In this document: positions 49,300-62,989 of the stretch, in pieces
Layout of the letters: each line of letters starts with the position of its first letter
Numbering within the stretch: position 1 is the stretch's first letter
Assembly (NCBI GenBank): GCA_047967505.1
Contig: CM106538.1
DNA length: 64,000 nucleotides
Reading direction: 5' to 3' (one strand)
Origin: Dipteris shenzhenensis
Taxonomy: Eukaryota
The notes under the pieces: model-generated
What the model was told of the DNA's origin: nothing
What the model saw: the letters and a program-made list of their open reading frames with translations, nothing else
Databases searched by the model: none
Program-made: the position numbers and the translations under genes

Positions 49300-50690
49300 G
49301 GTGGAGGTAAGTATAGTTGTCATGATCTTCTAAAAATGAAAGGTTTCATTAATGGTAAAGAAGTTATTCTTCTACATGACGATAGTAGTACACATGATTT
49401 CATTTCAGAAAGACCTTTAGTAAGGCTAAACCTAGATTCATTCCCATCTCACTATAAAGTTAAAGCTGCTTTCACTAAGACGAAGTATAATTGTTTTAGA
49501 GAAGTCCAGAATCTAGAAATTTCAATCAAACCTTAAAAGATAGATGAGACTTTTGACCCCCTACAAGGAGTTGATATCATCTTAGGAATGCCATGGAGAC
49601 ATCAATATAATCCTAAGATAGATTATGACTCACATCAGATGTGGATTGAGAAGGACAAACAAGAAATATGTTTGAAAAGTTCTATGAAAGCTAAAATCAT
49701 TCCTTTACTCAACCATACATAAGCCAAGAGAGCAATTAGGAAACGTGAGAAAACATATTTAATTTTGGTGAATACGGTAATGGCTACTCAGCCAAACACT
49801 AAGCCTACACACTTAAAGTTTCTTTCTCAATTTTTTGATTGTTTCTTAAACGATTTACTAACCGTATTACCATGTTCTCCACTTGAAGATCATAGGATAG
49901 AATCCTACTAGGCAATACTCCACCTTGCAAGGCTCCTTATAGAGTCAACCAGCTAGAACAAAAGGAAATTCAAAAGCAAGTGAACTAATACAGAGAGGAT
50001 TGATAAGACCCAGTAATTCTCCTCATGGAGAACCTCTCTTATTAGTCAAAAAGAAGAATGGAACCTATCGAATGTGCATAGACTATCGTGCACTAAACAA
50101 AATCACAGTGAAGAATAAATATCCAATCCCTAGAATTGATGATCTTTTAGACAAATTGAAAGGGGCCAAGGTCTTTAGTAAGATTGATCTTAAATCTGGC
50201 TATCATCAAGTCCATATGGTAGAAGAGGATATATACAAGACTGCCTTTGGAACACAAACGGGACATTATGAATTCCTAGTTATGCCTTTTGGGCTAACTA
50301 ATGCTCCAGGTACTTTCAGTAGAATGATGAACCGAATCTTTCTTAAACACCAAGATTGTGTGGAAGTATTTTGCGATGATATTCTAGTGTTTAGCAAAGA
50401 CATTGAGGAGCATAAAGAACATCTAAAGTTAGTATTTTCACTCTTAAAAGAAAATGAATTGTACATAAATCGTGAAAAGAGTAGTTTGTTTCAAGATGAA
50501 ATTGAGTATTTGGGTCACATAGTATCCACCGATGGGATTCGAGTAGATTCAAAGAAGATTGAATGTATACTCACAGGGCCTAAACCCCAAGACACACACG
50601 AATTAAGATCATTCTTGGGATTGTGTAGCCTCTATAGGAAGTTTGTCAAGAATTTTGCATTGATTGCACATCCATTGATGGACCTTCTTA
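49300..50690 (+). mobile_element. Ty3/gypsy protease-RT fragment
   Basis: [70 protein letters not shown] and FCDDILV; truncated before RNase H. Confidence 0.93.
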
Positions 50691-51786
50691 GTTCAAAGCT
50701 AAACATTTCTTATGGACCGAGTGTCTTGATTTCATGCACCCTAAGAAGAAGGTCAGCATGCTTGATTTCAGTATCTTGTGCAACATCCCCGAGGGTAGCG
50801 TACATGACAATTTCAAGGGCATGGTTGTATACCAGGTCTCCGAGCTAAGATACGGCCAAAAGGTATTACTTTCTTTTTAGTCTTTAAATGTCTTCTGCAA
50901 GCTCATATTGACAATCAGTTTGTTCCATTTGTGGATAGGTAACCTGATTGTTGCAATTCACCAACCCAAATGCCCAACTTATAAAGCTCCAATGTGAGGC
51001 ATGTGAAGGATCTAGAGTCAGTCGCAATCTTGCTAGGCCCTTCTATCACTCGTACAATAATGTTCAGTTCGTTGTACGAGTCCTTATACTAAAGGCCTAA
51101 ATATTGCTTCGTAGGTGGTTGTCCAGATACCTAGGAGCCATTGGTGATATCCTCCTGGGCATTGATTGTCCGTTTGTTGAGCTTCCTTTGCATAGCTTGG
51201 TTGCCACAAGAAGCATGCTGATGGAGAGTAGACCCTCTGGTAATTTTATCATCAATAGCTCGGGCTTCATAATAGCATTCGAGGAGAATGCATATTGAAA
51301 GTGACAATTTCGTATTATTCAAATTGCAAGATATGTTCTTCTGGACTCTTTCTGAAAGTTTCATTTACTTACGTGATGCTCGTTGCAAACTACTAAACTT
51401 AAATCATTGAAATAAAATCTACTGACGCTTAACGTGAACTTTATCTTGATATGTTGTGCAAACTTTCTCACCCATAAGATCTTAGTTTGGATGTAAAAAG
51501 TGCTACGAGAATGACACATCTAATATCTATCTTTTAATAGCTATCATGTTTTTCCCCTTTTGAAGCAAGATTCTTTTCTTTTGATTGCATTATATGTACT
51601 TTCCTTTTTTTGATTGATATTGAATTGTGACATACACAAGCCTGTCACATCCAATGGCTTGATGGGGACGAGGGTGGTTAGTGTTTAAACATGGATCTTA
51701 ATGGGCACTTGCATGCATATCACGTTCACAAAGCACATCACAACACCACACACACAATACATACCACGACATACATTTTGATCATA

Positions 51787-51911
51787 GCCTCTTACCTCAA
51801 TACTCTGCAGACCTTTCCACCTCACATACATTGATCTAACACTCCTAGAGCCTCTTACCTCAATACTCTGCAAACCTTTCCACCTCACATACATTGATCT
51901 AACACTCCTAG
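51787..51911. repeat. two tandem ~62-bp units
   Basis: agcctcttacctcaatactctgca..gatctaacactcctag occurs twice with one mismatch. Confidence 0.92.
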
Positions 51912-52399
51912 AAGGTCGATTCGCTTTGATCACCCACTCTCTCCATAAAGTTGCCCTACAGACTTTCACATACACCTCCCGCTCCACTCACGAACCGCCT
52001 CTACAATGCAATAGCCGGTACGATGATGAGTGTAAGGCACCAGCAACTTAGATTCAAGACTAAGCATCGCCTTCTGAGTGAGGCTGAGATGAAACACAAT
52101 ATTGTCATCTAGTGCATCAAAAGAGACATAAGATTTATTTCTATTTTGTGGATTTTCACAAAGCTCACCTCATCAAATGTTTGTAGGAGTTGGTTGCATG
52201 ATCAAGAGATCATCAAGGTAGTCATGGACTTTATGAGAGTCATAGGTTGGGTTTGAACAAGGTAGGATGGAGGAGATTATGAGCACTATTGGGGTCAAAA
52301 CAAGGTTGATTATTACCGCAAACCTTGTATGGCACCTATATAGACAAAACTCGAGACTTTATTGGCACTCTAGGACGGTTGGCTACTCTCTAGTCGCCA

Positions 52400-54430
52400 A
52401 ATCCTGCTCTTGATTCTGTGGCACGTGGATGGTGTGGTGCTACTCTCATCCTTAGTAGAGGACCTCAACTGCACTTCGTACTGTGAGACACACGACTTGA
52501 AGGTCAACCTTCCACCAGATCCTTGCTTCATATTATGTGGTACGCAGATGGTGTGGTCCTACTCTCGTCCTCAGTAGAGGACCTTTAACTGCATATCATA
52601 CTGCGAGGCAAATGACTTAAAGGCAAACCTCGGTGAAACCAAGGAAATGATCTCCAATATATCTTGAGCAGCCATGCACAGAGAGCACTTCACACTAGAT
52701 GGGCTACTGGTGGAGGTGGTTGCATCCCATACATCCTTGGGGGTTATTTTCTTGGGCCTGATCTTTACGATGCGACAAATGTTGTAGGCTCGACTGAGCA
52801 AGGGATACGTCACACTTGCTAGACTTGCGAGGAAATGCTAGCACTTCATTTTCAGGATTCCCAGACCAAGTCTCTTCTCTTTGAGACTCTATTGGTTCAC
52901 CCAGTTGGTATATATAGCAACTCTTGTTGGGGTCAAGATCTTTCGAAGATAGATTGGCTCATGTGGAGAGGCTTCATCTTCTCTTGCTTTCAAGAATGAT
53001 CTGTAGTAAGCCTTCAATCCCACATCAGAGGATGAGTTTGAAGCATCCCCACTACAGTTTGATGCAACCTTTTGGATATGGCTCTTGCACTAGAGGACGA
53101 TGCATACCATGGTTCGCCCTATCTCCGTCCATGGCTTTGGTTGAGGGTGACCAGTGGTATTAGTACGCACATACATGAAGAGTCTAGGGCTCCATGTCAA
53201 CAAATTTTCACCCTTTCAGTACAACATTGAGGCCCCCTCTGTCGCATCACATATCACGAGTTGAACCAACTTATCCAAGAGAATCTCTTACAGCTAAATA
53301 CATTCAGGACCTAGTGAGCTGCTTGCAGATTTCGACAAAGGGCTCCAAGATAAGCACAAGTGCACCTTCCCTACTTGTTGCGGATATCGATCGAGAAGTT
53401 GTGTTTCATCACATCGACTTCACATTGAGAGTGGATGGCCAGAGGGCATACCCAAAGAGGGTCTCATATGCACTATTGTGATCAACAAGAGATCGAGTCG
53501 AAGTAATACTTCGCTTTTAGACACCTTATATACTATGAAATCCGAGGTAAACTATCACAATCTCTTCAAGGATGGTTTTGAAACCTTATCTACTTTGTTG
53601 TCCTAACTAGATCAATGATACATGCCGACTTTCATCCAAGGCCATCTGACACAGGGAGCATTTGCTTAAGATGCATTGTCAAGAACAAAACATGTAGCGA
53701 GACTCCACTCAGAACATGATCACTAAGTTTTTCCAGCGAGACAGCACGAACCAACATGGCTTAAGATCCAAGGAGCAACAGGGCTCAAGGAGATTAGGGA
53801 TTTGAGGACAATGCAAGAGACATGGCAGACTCGCTAGTAGATTTGAGGCACAAAGCAAACTAAGGGGCCTTTCCTCCATGCTCACCAAATTGGATGCTGC
53901 ACCGACGAGAGTGGCAGTGGCCTTGTTCAACGTACGGCCATAGCTACGAGACCACAATGGACCACACAGATTGACATCCATCAATGCCTTACATAGGCTT
54001 TATGTCACCATAGCCTAACATATCGTTGACCCCCTCTTAAGCTTGACCTCTTCGACAGCGTCTAGATGTTCTTGACAATGCTACCAACTCCCATCATCTC
54101 CATAAGCTCAAAGATTTCTCTTAATGTATTGATGTCTTTATGATTATGGCTATTTTGTATTTGTCATGAGTATTCCATCTAGAGGCTCCACCCTTTCAAC
54201 TCATTGTATCAAGTTCTTTCAATCTCAGACCCTTCGATCATCCGAAGACTTTTAATAAACTTTCTTTGTTTCTTTTGTTTCTTTCTTCCACCAAAGATCA
54301 ATCTGCTTCTTTCCTTGCAAGTGACGCTTGTGGCACTCGCTTTCAATAACTCTCATGCCCCCTAAACTTCATGAGCTTCCATATAGAGACTCTAACTACA
54401 AGTTCGAATGGTACTTGTTTCAACTGTCTT
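52400..54430 (-). mobile_element. L1-type LINE reverse-transcriptase relic, very decayed
   Basis: ERPLSLLC (RPISLL-like, ~53870), VLLRLD (~53500) and KEKRLGLG (PK..GGLG-like, ~52870) occur in the expected order. Local duplication at 52427-52630. Confidence 0.6.
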
Positions 54431-56399
54431 CAAATGCTACCCTTAGAATGTCCACCAATATGCTAACATGAAGGGCCAGCGTATAATAAAGTAGAGGACA
54501 AACTCTAAGAAGTAATTCTTGCAAGAAGTGCTAAATTTTACAAAGTATCCATATGTAAGTGATGCCTTTCGTTTTCTAAAGGCTATATGGGATGCATTAC
54601 CAAAAATTCAAGATGGTCAACATGGTGGCACAATTGGATCTTATTAGGGTTTTGTGCAACTTTTACCTTCAGTCCCAACTATCCAACCGTAGGTGCTGAC
54701 TACAATGAGCAAGGAAAAGAAATCATCAAGGTAATCGAAGAGGTTGAGCACACTAGTAGATCCATCTTAAAACCCATTGTCGAAGCTATCATGTGCTTCA
54801 AGGAAAGCCTCTTGGTAAATGTTGAGAAAGGAGATACTAAATGTATAGAGCAAAAGAGATTGCAACCACAACCAAATCCTAATGGGATCTAGCAATAGTA
54901 TAGACTCTGCCATGCAAGGATGCATGGCTACCAAATTGGTGGAAGATGTGCAACAAGAGACTTGACCAAGAGTGAGTCAAAGGTAAAATCTTATTCTTGC
55001 GCTCTAAGAATGATAACTTTTTATCGATCTCTGCCTAATTAAAGCATTAAACAAAAGAGAAAGTTGCACTTTAGGATTGTAGAAATAGAACAATAGGTTA
55101 TAACCCACGTCAAAGAAACATCATGAGTGATATCATCAACAAGGGGATGAAATATCTTTGATTCTAGAAACTATATCTCCTATGTTGGAGGAAGTTGACA
55201 ATACTTTGAAAAAAAGAGCATTTGAAGTTGAAGGACCACTAAAGGTAGTCACTTTCATTTTATTTCTTTAAAGGTCTAGAGCCACTAAGTAAACAAGGAT
55301 GGTTTGGGGTAGCAAAGAAAGAACCTTTATCCATGTGTTTCCACACCACTAAGAGAAAACATGTAAACCCAAGGGAAACAAAATTTCAAAGAGCACCACC
55401 GTCTCCATGGATGAAGTTATAATTGAAATGTTACTTGAGAACACAAAATAAAGGCGCACAACACACGATGGAGGGAAGAGGAAAGGAAACGTCAAGGATT
55501 GGATCTAAGATAGTGTATGCTACAAAATAGTGTATGCTACATGAAGGCTGCCCTAAGCCATAAGAGAGATTCCTTTGAGTAGTAGCTTTCAAAATTAGAG
55601 CCTCATTCATTTGCTCCAATTATAACTATTGCATCACTATTGCATTTGACGGACTAGACTTACCATTGGTGACACCATAGTATGCATGAGTCGAGGGCAA
55701 CATTTTGTTGATATCACATAGCTTTTGCAACATTTTAAGTTTTGCTTCTATCAATAGATGGGCATAATATAGCCAAATCATAAGGATAAGGTAGGGTACT
55801 TTGACTTCCCCATAGGTCACCTACACACTACATCAAGCGTGGCTTGGTCATGTGGATTGCCAAAAGCTTCACTATCTACTTGATGACATTGGTGATTGGT
55901 GATGTAGTCAGGTAGCATCTTTGTGGTGGGTTTCTCTATAGTGTAGTGAGCTGAGGTCTCACAACCTCCTGGAGAACCCTTTTGTCAACCAAGTCACCAT
56001 CCTCAATGAATAGCGACGAATCCTCCACGCCGTATATTCTCTTCACACAAGGTAACCAATATTAGTTCTCACACAAGGTAACCAATATTAGTTCTCACAA
56101 ACTCCCGAATGTACATATACATGCCTGCGCCGTGCATGTTTGTGAGTTTGCATGCATGCAACTTGAGCATGGGTGTGGGTATGCACGCTCGCATGGACAA
56201 CCAAGCTATTTGAGTTCCCATTGCACATCTCCAAAATCGCAAGTGGGACATTTTGTATAGTTTCTTGAGAACTGCACGTGCCTGTGCATATAGGGTCACA
56301 AAAATCTACTTGATCCTTGGCATCATGAGAATTGCTACAAGTGAGGTGAAATGGCTATGTGTGGGTGTATGTGTCTCAATGGATGAGAGTGTAGTAGTG

Positions 56400-56454
56400 A
56401 TAGTGAGTGTGTGAGTGTGAGTGTGAGTGTGAGAGTGTGTGTGTGTGTGTGTGT

Positions 56455-56487
<33 letters not shown>
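56400..56487. repeat. compound (GTGAGT)n/(GT)n/(GA)n microsatellite
   Basis: Directly visible. Confidence 0.95.
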
Positions 56488-56489
<2 letters not shown>

Positions 56490-56926
56490 GTGGTTGAAGA
56501 ATTTAGGTGCAACATGGACCTACTCACTCTCTCCTGCATACAGCAAGCAGATGCAGTGATTCATATATGAATCCATTGAATCTAAAGGCTCCCTATAACA
56601 GTCTATCGTAGCAAACTCAACCCTTCCTGCAGCTTCACCTACACTCCTTAGCTAGAACTGCATATTAACAAAAGAAGGCACCCCACAATCTTGCAAGCTC
56701 AGTGTCTCCCAAGCTCAAAGCTGGATCTAGAATCTAGCTCAAAAAATAACACTCGCTGCTATGATCCTGGATGGGCTTTATTATTTGCTACAGCACTTGA
56801 AGAAGAAAATGATGTTTGCCGAAATAACTTTCTTATAATGTTTCCTACAAAGAAAAGGGTTCCCTGCACATGTTTCAGCCACAAGTGGGAAGCTTGAAAT
56901 TTACAAGAGTAAGAATTGGGATGTAA

Positions 56927-57034
56927 TTACTGTCCAGATACAGAACCTTGATTTATGACATCATGATAATAAAGAAGGAGACTCGTTGGCTGGCCCACAA
57001 TGCAGAAAAAGAACCAAAAAATCATGTTGCCAAC
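56927..57034 (-). CDS. DGAT1: diacylglycerol O-acyltransferase 1, terminal exon
   Basis: After acceptor tttcag it encodes VGNMIFWFFFCIVGQPTSLLLYYHDVINQGSVSGQ*, the conserved plant DGAT1 C-terminus with the YYHDV ER-retrieval-type motif. Confidence 0.95.
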   Translation of the reverse strand, partial: VGNMIFWFFFCIVGQPTSLLLYYHDVINQGSVSGQ

Positions 57035-57336
57035 CTGAAAGAACCGGTAAAACTGAATAAGCTAGGAAATGCCAGCACACAAATCAAATAGATTAACATT
57101 TGATGGTGGGGAGTACCTCTCACATCAAAAAAATCTTGGTTTTCCCTTCCTAATATTTTGATCCCTTGGCTTTGTTTCCTTTATCTTCCCCACCCTCTGA
57201 TTTTGTTAAATTCCTATCTTTCTGCCTTTTCATTTTCTTTTTCCAAGACTATGGGAGAAGGTAGTAAAGACAGATGAACACCCTTAATTTAGAATCAGCA
57301 AATCTAGGATTGCCAGGAGTTGCTACGATGACGCAC

Positions 57337-57390
57337 CATCAAATTTTTAAATCTCTTTTGCAAGTGATTTGTGATAGCCACCAAAGGAAC
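57337..57390 (-). CDS. DGAT1: DGAT1 penultimate exon (54 nt)
   Basis: ctacag|VPLVAITNHLQKRFKNLM|gtgcgt; phase 0 on both sides. Confidence 0.93.
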
Positions 57391-57942
57391 CTGTAGACGC
57401 CACCAAAACAATATAAACTATCACATACCATACGTAAATGTGGTGGAAACGACCTTTAAAGAATTATACGCTACTGAAATCATACGATGCAACATAATTA
57501 TGACTTGGATGAATGGGTTGTTGGATAAGCAAGTAGATCCATAAACCTATCACTCTATCTTGGAATGCTTTGAAGTGTATAATACAGCTTCAGGAGAAAA
57601 TTGATTGTACCACTGTATATTGTCAGTCAAAGATGCACGTGGACAAGTACCAGTCCTACCAGGAAATCTCAAAAATGGAAACGTTTTGCATCCCTATCAA
57701 TTCCTCCCGCTCCCCCAAGACAAAAGGAAAAAACATAAAACTAGAAGGATCAGGCTACTGTAAAGAGAAATAAGACGCATGCCCCAAGACACTTTGTAAG
57801 TGTAAAATATTCAAGGCTTCCAATTAGAAACCTTCCATAGTTTATTATGCATTCCTGTTTTCCTGTCATTGATATCATCATTTAACTCGTTCGTGTAGAC
57901 AGTGTCGATTGAAGAAAGACCAAATCAGAGCACAAATCCTAC

Positions 57943-58005
57943 CTGAAACATTATGGCAAGGAAAGCCCAGCCCCTAAGCATGTGACAGGGGACACCAACG
58001 CATAA
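57943..58005 (-). CDS. DGAT1: DGAT1 third-last exon (63 nt)
   Basis: ttacag|LCVGVPCHMLRGWAFLAIMFQ|gtagga; matches the LCIAVPCH.FKLWAF.GIMFQ consensus. Confidence 0.94.
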
Positions 58006-59125
58006 CTGTAAAACACAATCAAAACAGTGAACCTCCTCAAAATTGTAGACACGCCCAAAAAGAAACAATGCCATCCATTCCAGGTCATTTAATGATACAC
58101 AGACCTACTTATGCATAAGACTACCATGGAACCAAAACATCCCCACCTGTCACTATGTCTGAGCTACAACAAATATGAGCGCTGTGTGGCTACAATCCTC
58201 CTCATAACACATTGTTGACAGCAAGAGCATTTCATTCAATATCGCTTGTTTCAGATTGCCTTGATCTCTTTTAAAGGTTTAAGTGCTCCTCATCACAAGG
58301 TAGTTATGATGGCCTATGATACCACTTTCTATGACTAGGAAAGGCAGCTAGTCTGATAATATACAACGACATGGAATGGCCTAAGTCTGTTTATAACACA
58401 TGCTTAATGTCATGATAGCACTTACAGATTGTATCATTACTAGCTTGCCTCTTCCAACCAACTTGTCCTATTTTCCAAATTGAAAGGACTACTATATCCA
58501 TTAGAAATGCCACCCCTTTGTCCTCTCCATACAACCTCATTCATTGGATGATTGGCTGGACCTAATTCAAGAGACCCATGTTCATATAGACCAAGCTTGC
58601 ATCCTACCAATTAGCTAGCATTTTAGGCACAAGGGTCCATGGCTCCCTTATTCCACTTTTATTTTACGTACCATTAGATCTGTTGGCCCCTTCTACCATG
58701 CCTGTCAACACCCCCCCGTTTGGTTGAGGAACACAATCATGATTGCTCTTGCAATCATAATAGATGTCCTGACACATGGGCTCAGACTTAGCTCTAAAAG
58801 GCCCCTCAACCTTCAAGTAAGCTCCTTGAGCTAGAATCAATTTACTTGTAAAACCATAGCAAATTACAACAGTCATAAGATACCCAAACCCCTTAAAGGT
58901 TGAGCTACTGAGCTCACCTCCCATTCAATGCCTCGAACAGGCCAATAGGTCCTTTGGTTTCTAGGAATTCCTTCTCCAAGACTCCCATGAACTAAGCCTC
59001 GCTCACTTCTATTTGTAAGTCTGTCCCCCCTTTTCTTAGCATTCTGAGTCTTGACTGCACTATAAAAGTCATGCCCCAAATAGCATGCTTTAACATATAG
59101 CCATGCTTTTCACACCGCAATCTCT

Positions 59126-59414
59126 AGTTCTCAATCTTGGCTACTACCAACCCTGGACATATTCCTAAACCCCCGATCTATCCAAATCTTAGTTTCATCT
59201 GCCTTAATCCTAGATTATGCAATCTAGTTAAGCCCTAGTTAGGTTAATCCGAAACCTCAAGTTGTTTCCAATACCGATATTGAGTTTAGCATAGTCTCAA
59301 CCTTGGCTACTGCCAACCCTGAAATAGACTATATTCCTCAACCCTTGATCAATCCAGATTTTTCAGCTAGCCTTAATCCTAGACTATCCAATCTTGATTA
59401 ATCTCTAGTTAGGG
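59126..59414. repeat. diverged direct duplication (~165-bp period) in a DGAT1 intron
   Basis: ctcaa.cttggctact.ccaaccctg..gccttaatcctaga..ctagttagg occurs twice. Confidence 0.75.
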
Positions 59415-59749
59415 ATGTTAGGGAAAATGTAATTATGCCTCATATATGAAGGTGTAAAATCACAAATAGGAGATATAATCATTCAACATCCATTCAATTA
59501 TTCTATTAACCTAATTTCTTCTCATATAGAATTAGATATTGAAATCTATTACAACTCACAACCTAGAGAGCCATTGCTCATTTACCTTGTTATCCTCTCA
59601 CTAAGTAAACCAGACCTAATTTCATCTCTTACAACTCACAACCTAGAGAGTCATTGCTCATTTACTGTTATCCTCTCACTAAGTAACCCAATTTCCTAAT
59701 CTTTCCTAAGATCACAAGGATTATTTAAAGGTTCCAATCTTTAGATATT

Positions 59750-62068
59750 TACATCACTGACCTTTGACACACGCATTCTCACCTGATGACATACTGCCAA
59801 ACACCAAAAGATCTGTCATGATGAGCATTCTATCTTGGTACTTCAACTGGACTTCAATATTATCAACATTGAATATCCAACCACGATCACCAAAAGTAAA
59901 ATCCAAAGGATGCATATTTACCAACTCATACTTTGGTAAATCTTGATGCTATCCTCAAGCAAATCTCAACTATCCCAATAGTTTATTTATCCAAAGTCAT
60001 TTGACTTACAGAATGGGATTGAGCTACTATCACTTTTTTCCTCTAGAGAATAATACTCTCCATTCTGGTGCACAATCTAGCTCATCATCAAATTTGAAAT
60101 TTACAGCATCACTGATTGGCTAAATCCATCATGACCATATTCTCATACCAATTCTCTTGTTCCTATATGTCCTTTCCTCTTGCAAAACCTACAAATAATA
60201 TTCTTGGTGGTTTTCCATTTCCTTGTGGAAGCAAATGCGTGATCACAAGGAGAGGCAAAAAGGGCTTCCTTATTACGACGGTCCTTCTCAATTAGTGCCA
60301 CCATATAATCAAATGTGGAAGTGGCAAGGTGAAGTACTTCAAGATTTCGCTCAAAGCGGGATATTCCATGCATACTCTTCATAAGGACAACCATCTTATC
60401 TTGATCATCAGGTGGGCTTTTCAAACTTCAAAGTTGTTGAACAAGAGACAGAAACCTTGCTAGATGATTATTCAACTCATCACTCTCTTCCATTTTCAAA
60501 TCATAGAACTTAAGCTTCAAAAAGTGATTTTATTACCAAACAATGTCTCAAGGCGATCCCAAATGTCCTTAGCTGTTGACTTGAAGTCCACATGATGGAT
60601 GAGAGAGTTGGCCAAGCAAAGACCAATGAGGGCAATGGCCTTTGCATTCTACTGCTTCCAAAGCCTTTGGTGTTGTCGATCAAGTAATTCAACCTTGTCG
60701 TCCTTAACATCCCAAACGCCTTGACGCATAAGGAGCAGTTGCATCTTGGTTTGCCATGTGGGAAAACCTTCCCCCTTGAACTTCTCCATGAGCAAAGAAC
60801 TAGAAGACGATGAAGCCATCATGGCAAACCTTGATGAAGGCGGACAGCAAGCTAAGATGAAGGACCAGCAAAAGGAATGGGCTGGTCTCGAGCAGATATA
60901 GGTGTCTAGCGGTGCTCCAAATGCCCCAAAATGTAAAACTGAGTGAAGAATGCCCCGGAATGCAAGAATGAGCCAAGGGAAGAGCATTTGTGGGCGTGAT
61001 GAGGTCTGAAATCCTCAAGAAGGTAGCTGGAGGGGCGCCAAATACAATGATATGTCTTGAAATGTGTGAAGTGCTTCAGTAAACTAGATCCAAGCTATCC
61101 CGGGATGGTGTGGTAGAGGTGTAGATGTATCAAAATGCACCAGCAGGTCAACAGTCCAAAAAAGGCTGTTCTATATAAGCTAGAGGCTAGGAACAGCCCT
61201 GAAAATGGCTCTGTTGAAGGCAGTTCTACGGCAGCAACCCTAGAATGACTCGAGAATGCAATAATAGCTCCAAAGCAGGTTGAAAGAGCCTCCAAAAGTC
61301 ACAAAGACTTCTGCTGCAACAGCCTGCCAACCCTAGAATCAGTGTTGAAATGCTCCAAGACATCTTCAAAGATCCACACGTGCACGGGTGCCTTGAACTC
61401 TGTGCCGAACAGCAAGCTAGGAGGAAGAAGATGCACCGACCAGCTATCCAAGAGGCTATCAATGGCCTAGGCACTTCTCCAAGAGTGCCCCGAATGGTGG
61501 CACCTGGTTAAGGAGATGCTAGATGGGCAGGAATGAACACAAAGGGCTGCAAGGAGGGCGGCTATGGAGGCAGCAATAAAGTCGGCTGTGCAAAACCCCT
61601 AATCGGGTAGGAGGCAGCTGAAAGGAGGTCAAAATGAGCAGCGGAACAGCTTCAGCTGAGGCAGAAATGAATGCAGAACTGAGGCAGCTGCAAGAGGGAG
61701 GAGCTTGAACAGAATTAAGGTTATGGTAGAGATGATGTTGCAGCTATGGCAGGGTTAACCTGGCTCTGATACCATGTTAGAAACATGGTGTGAATGAGAG
61801 AGAGAGAGAAATAGGCAAGGGAGTGAAGAAACGGTAGACAAATGTAGAATCCATTAAGGCTTTCATTCATTCATCATCAACAAGTGACAAGTCAAGTACA
61901 AGCCTTTACAGGCTACACACTTATACGCTAGCACCAAGTGCATATGGGATACGTCGCATAGTGACACGTGACACTCACACATGACTCACACTGACGAGTA
62001 CTAGATCTCTTAGTACTACACATCACACATCACATCTCACACACTCTTTGGCTATGATATCTCCAACA
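59750..62068 (-). mobile_element. Ty1/copia 5' half (LTR, PBS, gag, protease remnant), 3'-truncated
   Basis: LTR TGTT...AACA (61775-62068), PBS TGGTATCAGAGCC (61762-61774), gag MEKFKGEGFPTWQTKMQLLLMRQGVW and knuckle CRFCKRKGH. Confidence 0.9.
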
Positions 62069-62199
62069 AAAGTAACCCCCCCCGGAAAGAGCAAACCGAG
62101 AGACTAGGTGCCCTGTAGATATCAAAACACACGCTTCACATCCTCCCAATGAGAAGTCTTATAAACATGTTGGATTTCAAATCACACAGTATGGAAGTA

Positions 62200-62835
62200 T
62201 TTGATATCAACACATGTCATCACCTAAGAAAAGTGATTGCCACAAGGTCTTTATCCTCCATTTTCACAAATAGCTGCCAATTGCTCGTGATATTCTTGAG
62301 CTTGGTGAGATGAGCGGAGAATGGATCTCCCTCTCATCCTTGAAGAATGAATTTCCTTTGAGCTGCAATACTACTCTTCCTGCATTGTTCACCTCAAAAT
62401 TATCTTGCAATATTTGCCATGCTTGTGTTGAAGTCTCTGCATTCAATGAGGAAGAATCTGATATTTGCAGTCAGAACAAAAATGTTTGCCCATCTTTTGC
62501 AATCCATTCTTCTATTTCTTGGCATCTGACAAACCACTAAACGGATATTTGGAACTCTTTAAAAACACATTTATGTCCTGTTGAGGTACCAAACTAATGC
62601 TAATTAGGGAAGAGGCTCTAATACCACTTGGGAAGTTTGTGAGAGTAGGGAGACAATACACAACTTGAGAAAGCTTGCAAAGTTTAAAAATTGTACATGA
62701 TATTAAATTCAGAGAAACAACTGGGTTTTGTAGGAAACCTTAAACCCTAGAAGTAAAGTAAGTCTTAGGGCAACACATGGCATAGTGCCATATCTACAGT
62801 GCAAAAAAGTACTATTGCACCATCATCTTGAACAC
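62200..62835 (-). mobile_element. second copia 5' fragment (LTR-like, PBS-like, gag remnant)
   Basis: PBS-like TGGTATTAGAGCC (62614-62626) and gag NAETSTQAWQILQDNFE. Confidence 0.65.
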
Positions 62836-62989
62836 CCTAAACTCCTTCATTGAGCTGGAGTCAGATTCTTGGTCCAGATATTGCACTGTGCTAAATAGCT
62901 AGCCTACAAAACAGGTAGAGGGGAGTGGTTTCACTTAATAAATCAGTCTCCAGTTGTTGTGGAAGTTAAAAATGCCTACAAGTTGATAT

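Noticed and set aside
54500-56070. short ORFs such as 54587-54892
   Set aside because: No recognisable domain or splice structure; probably decayed TE sequence.
56520-56660. possible extra DGAT1 coding exon after an atatgcag acceptor
   Set aside because: The CDS already terminates at 56927 with a normal DGAT1 C-terminus; at most this is a 3' UTR exon.
59416-59711. possible solo LTR (TGTTAGGG...CCTAAGA)
   Set aside because: The terminal CA is missing, and there is no TSD or partner copy in the window.
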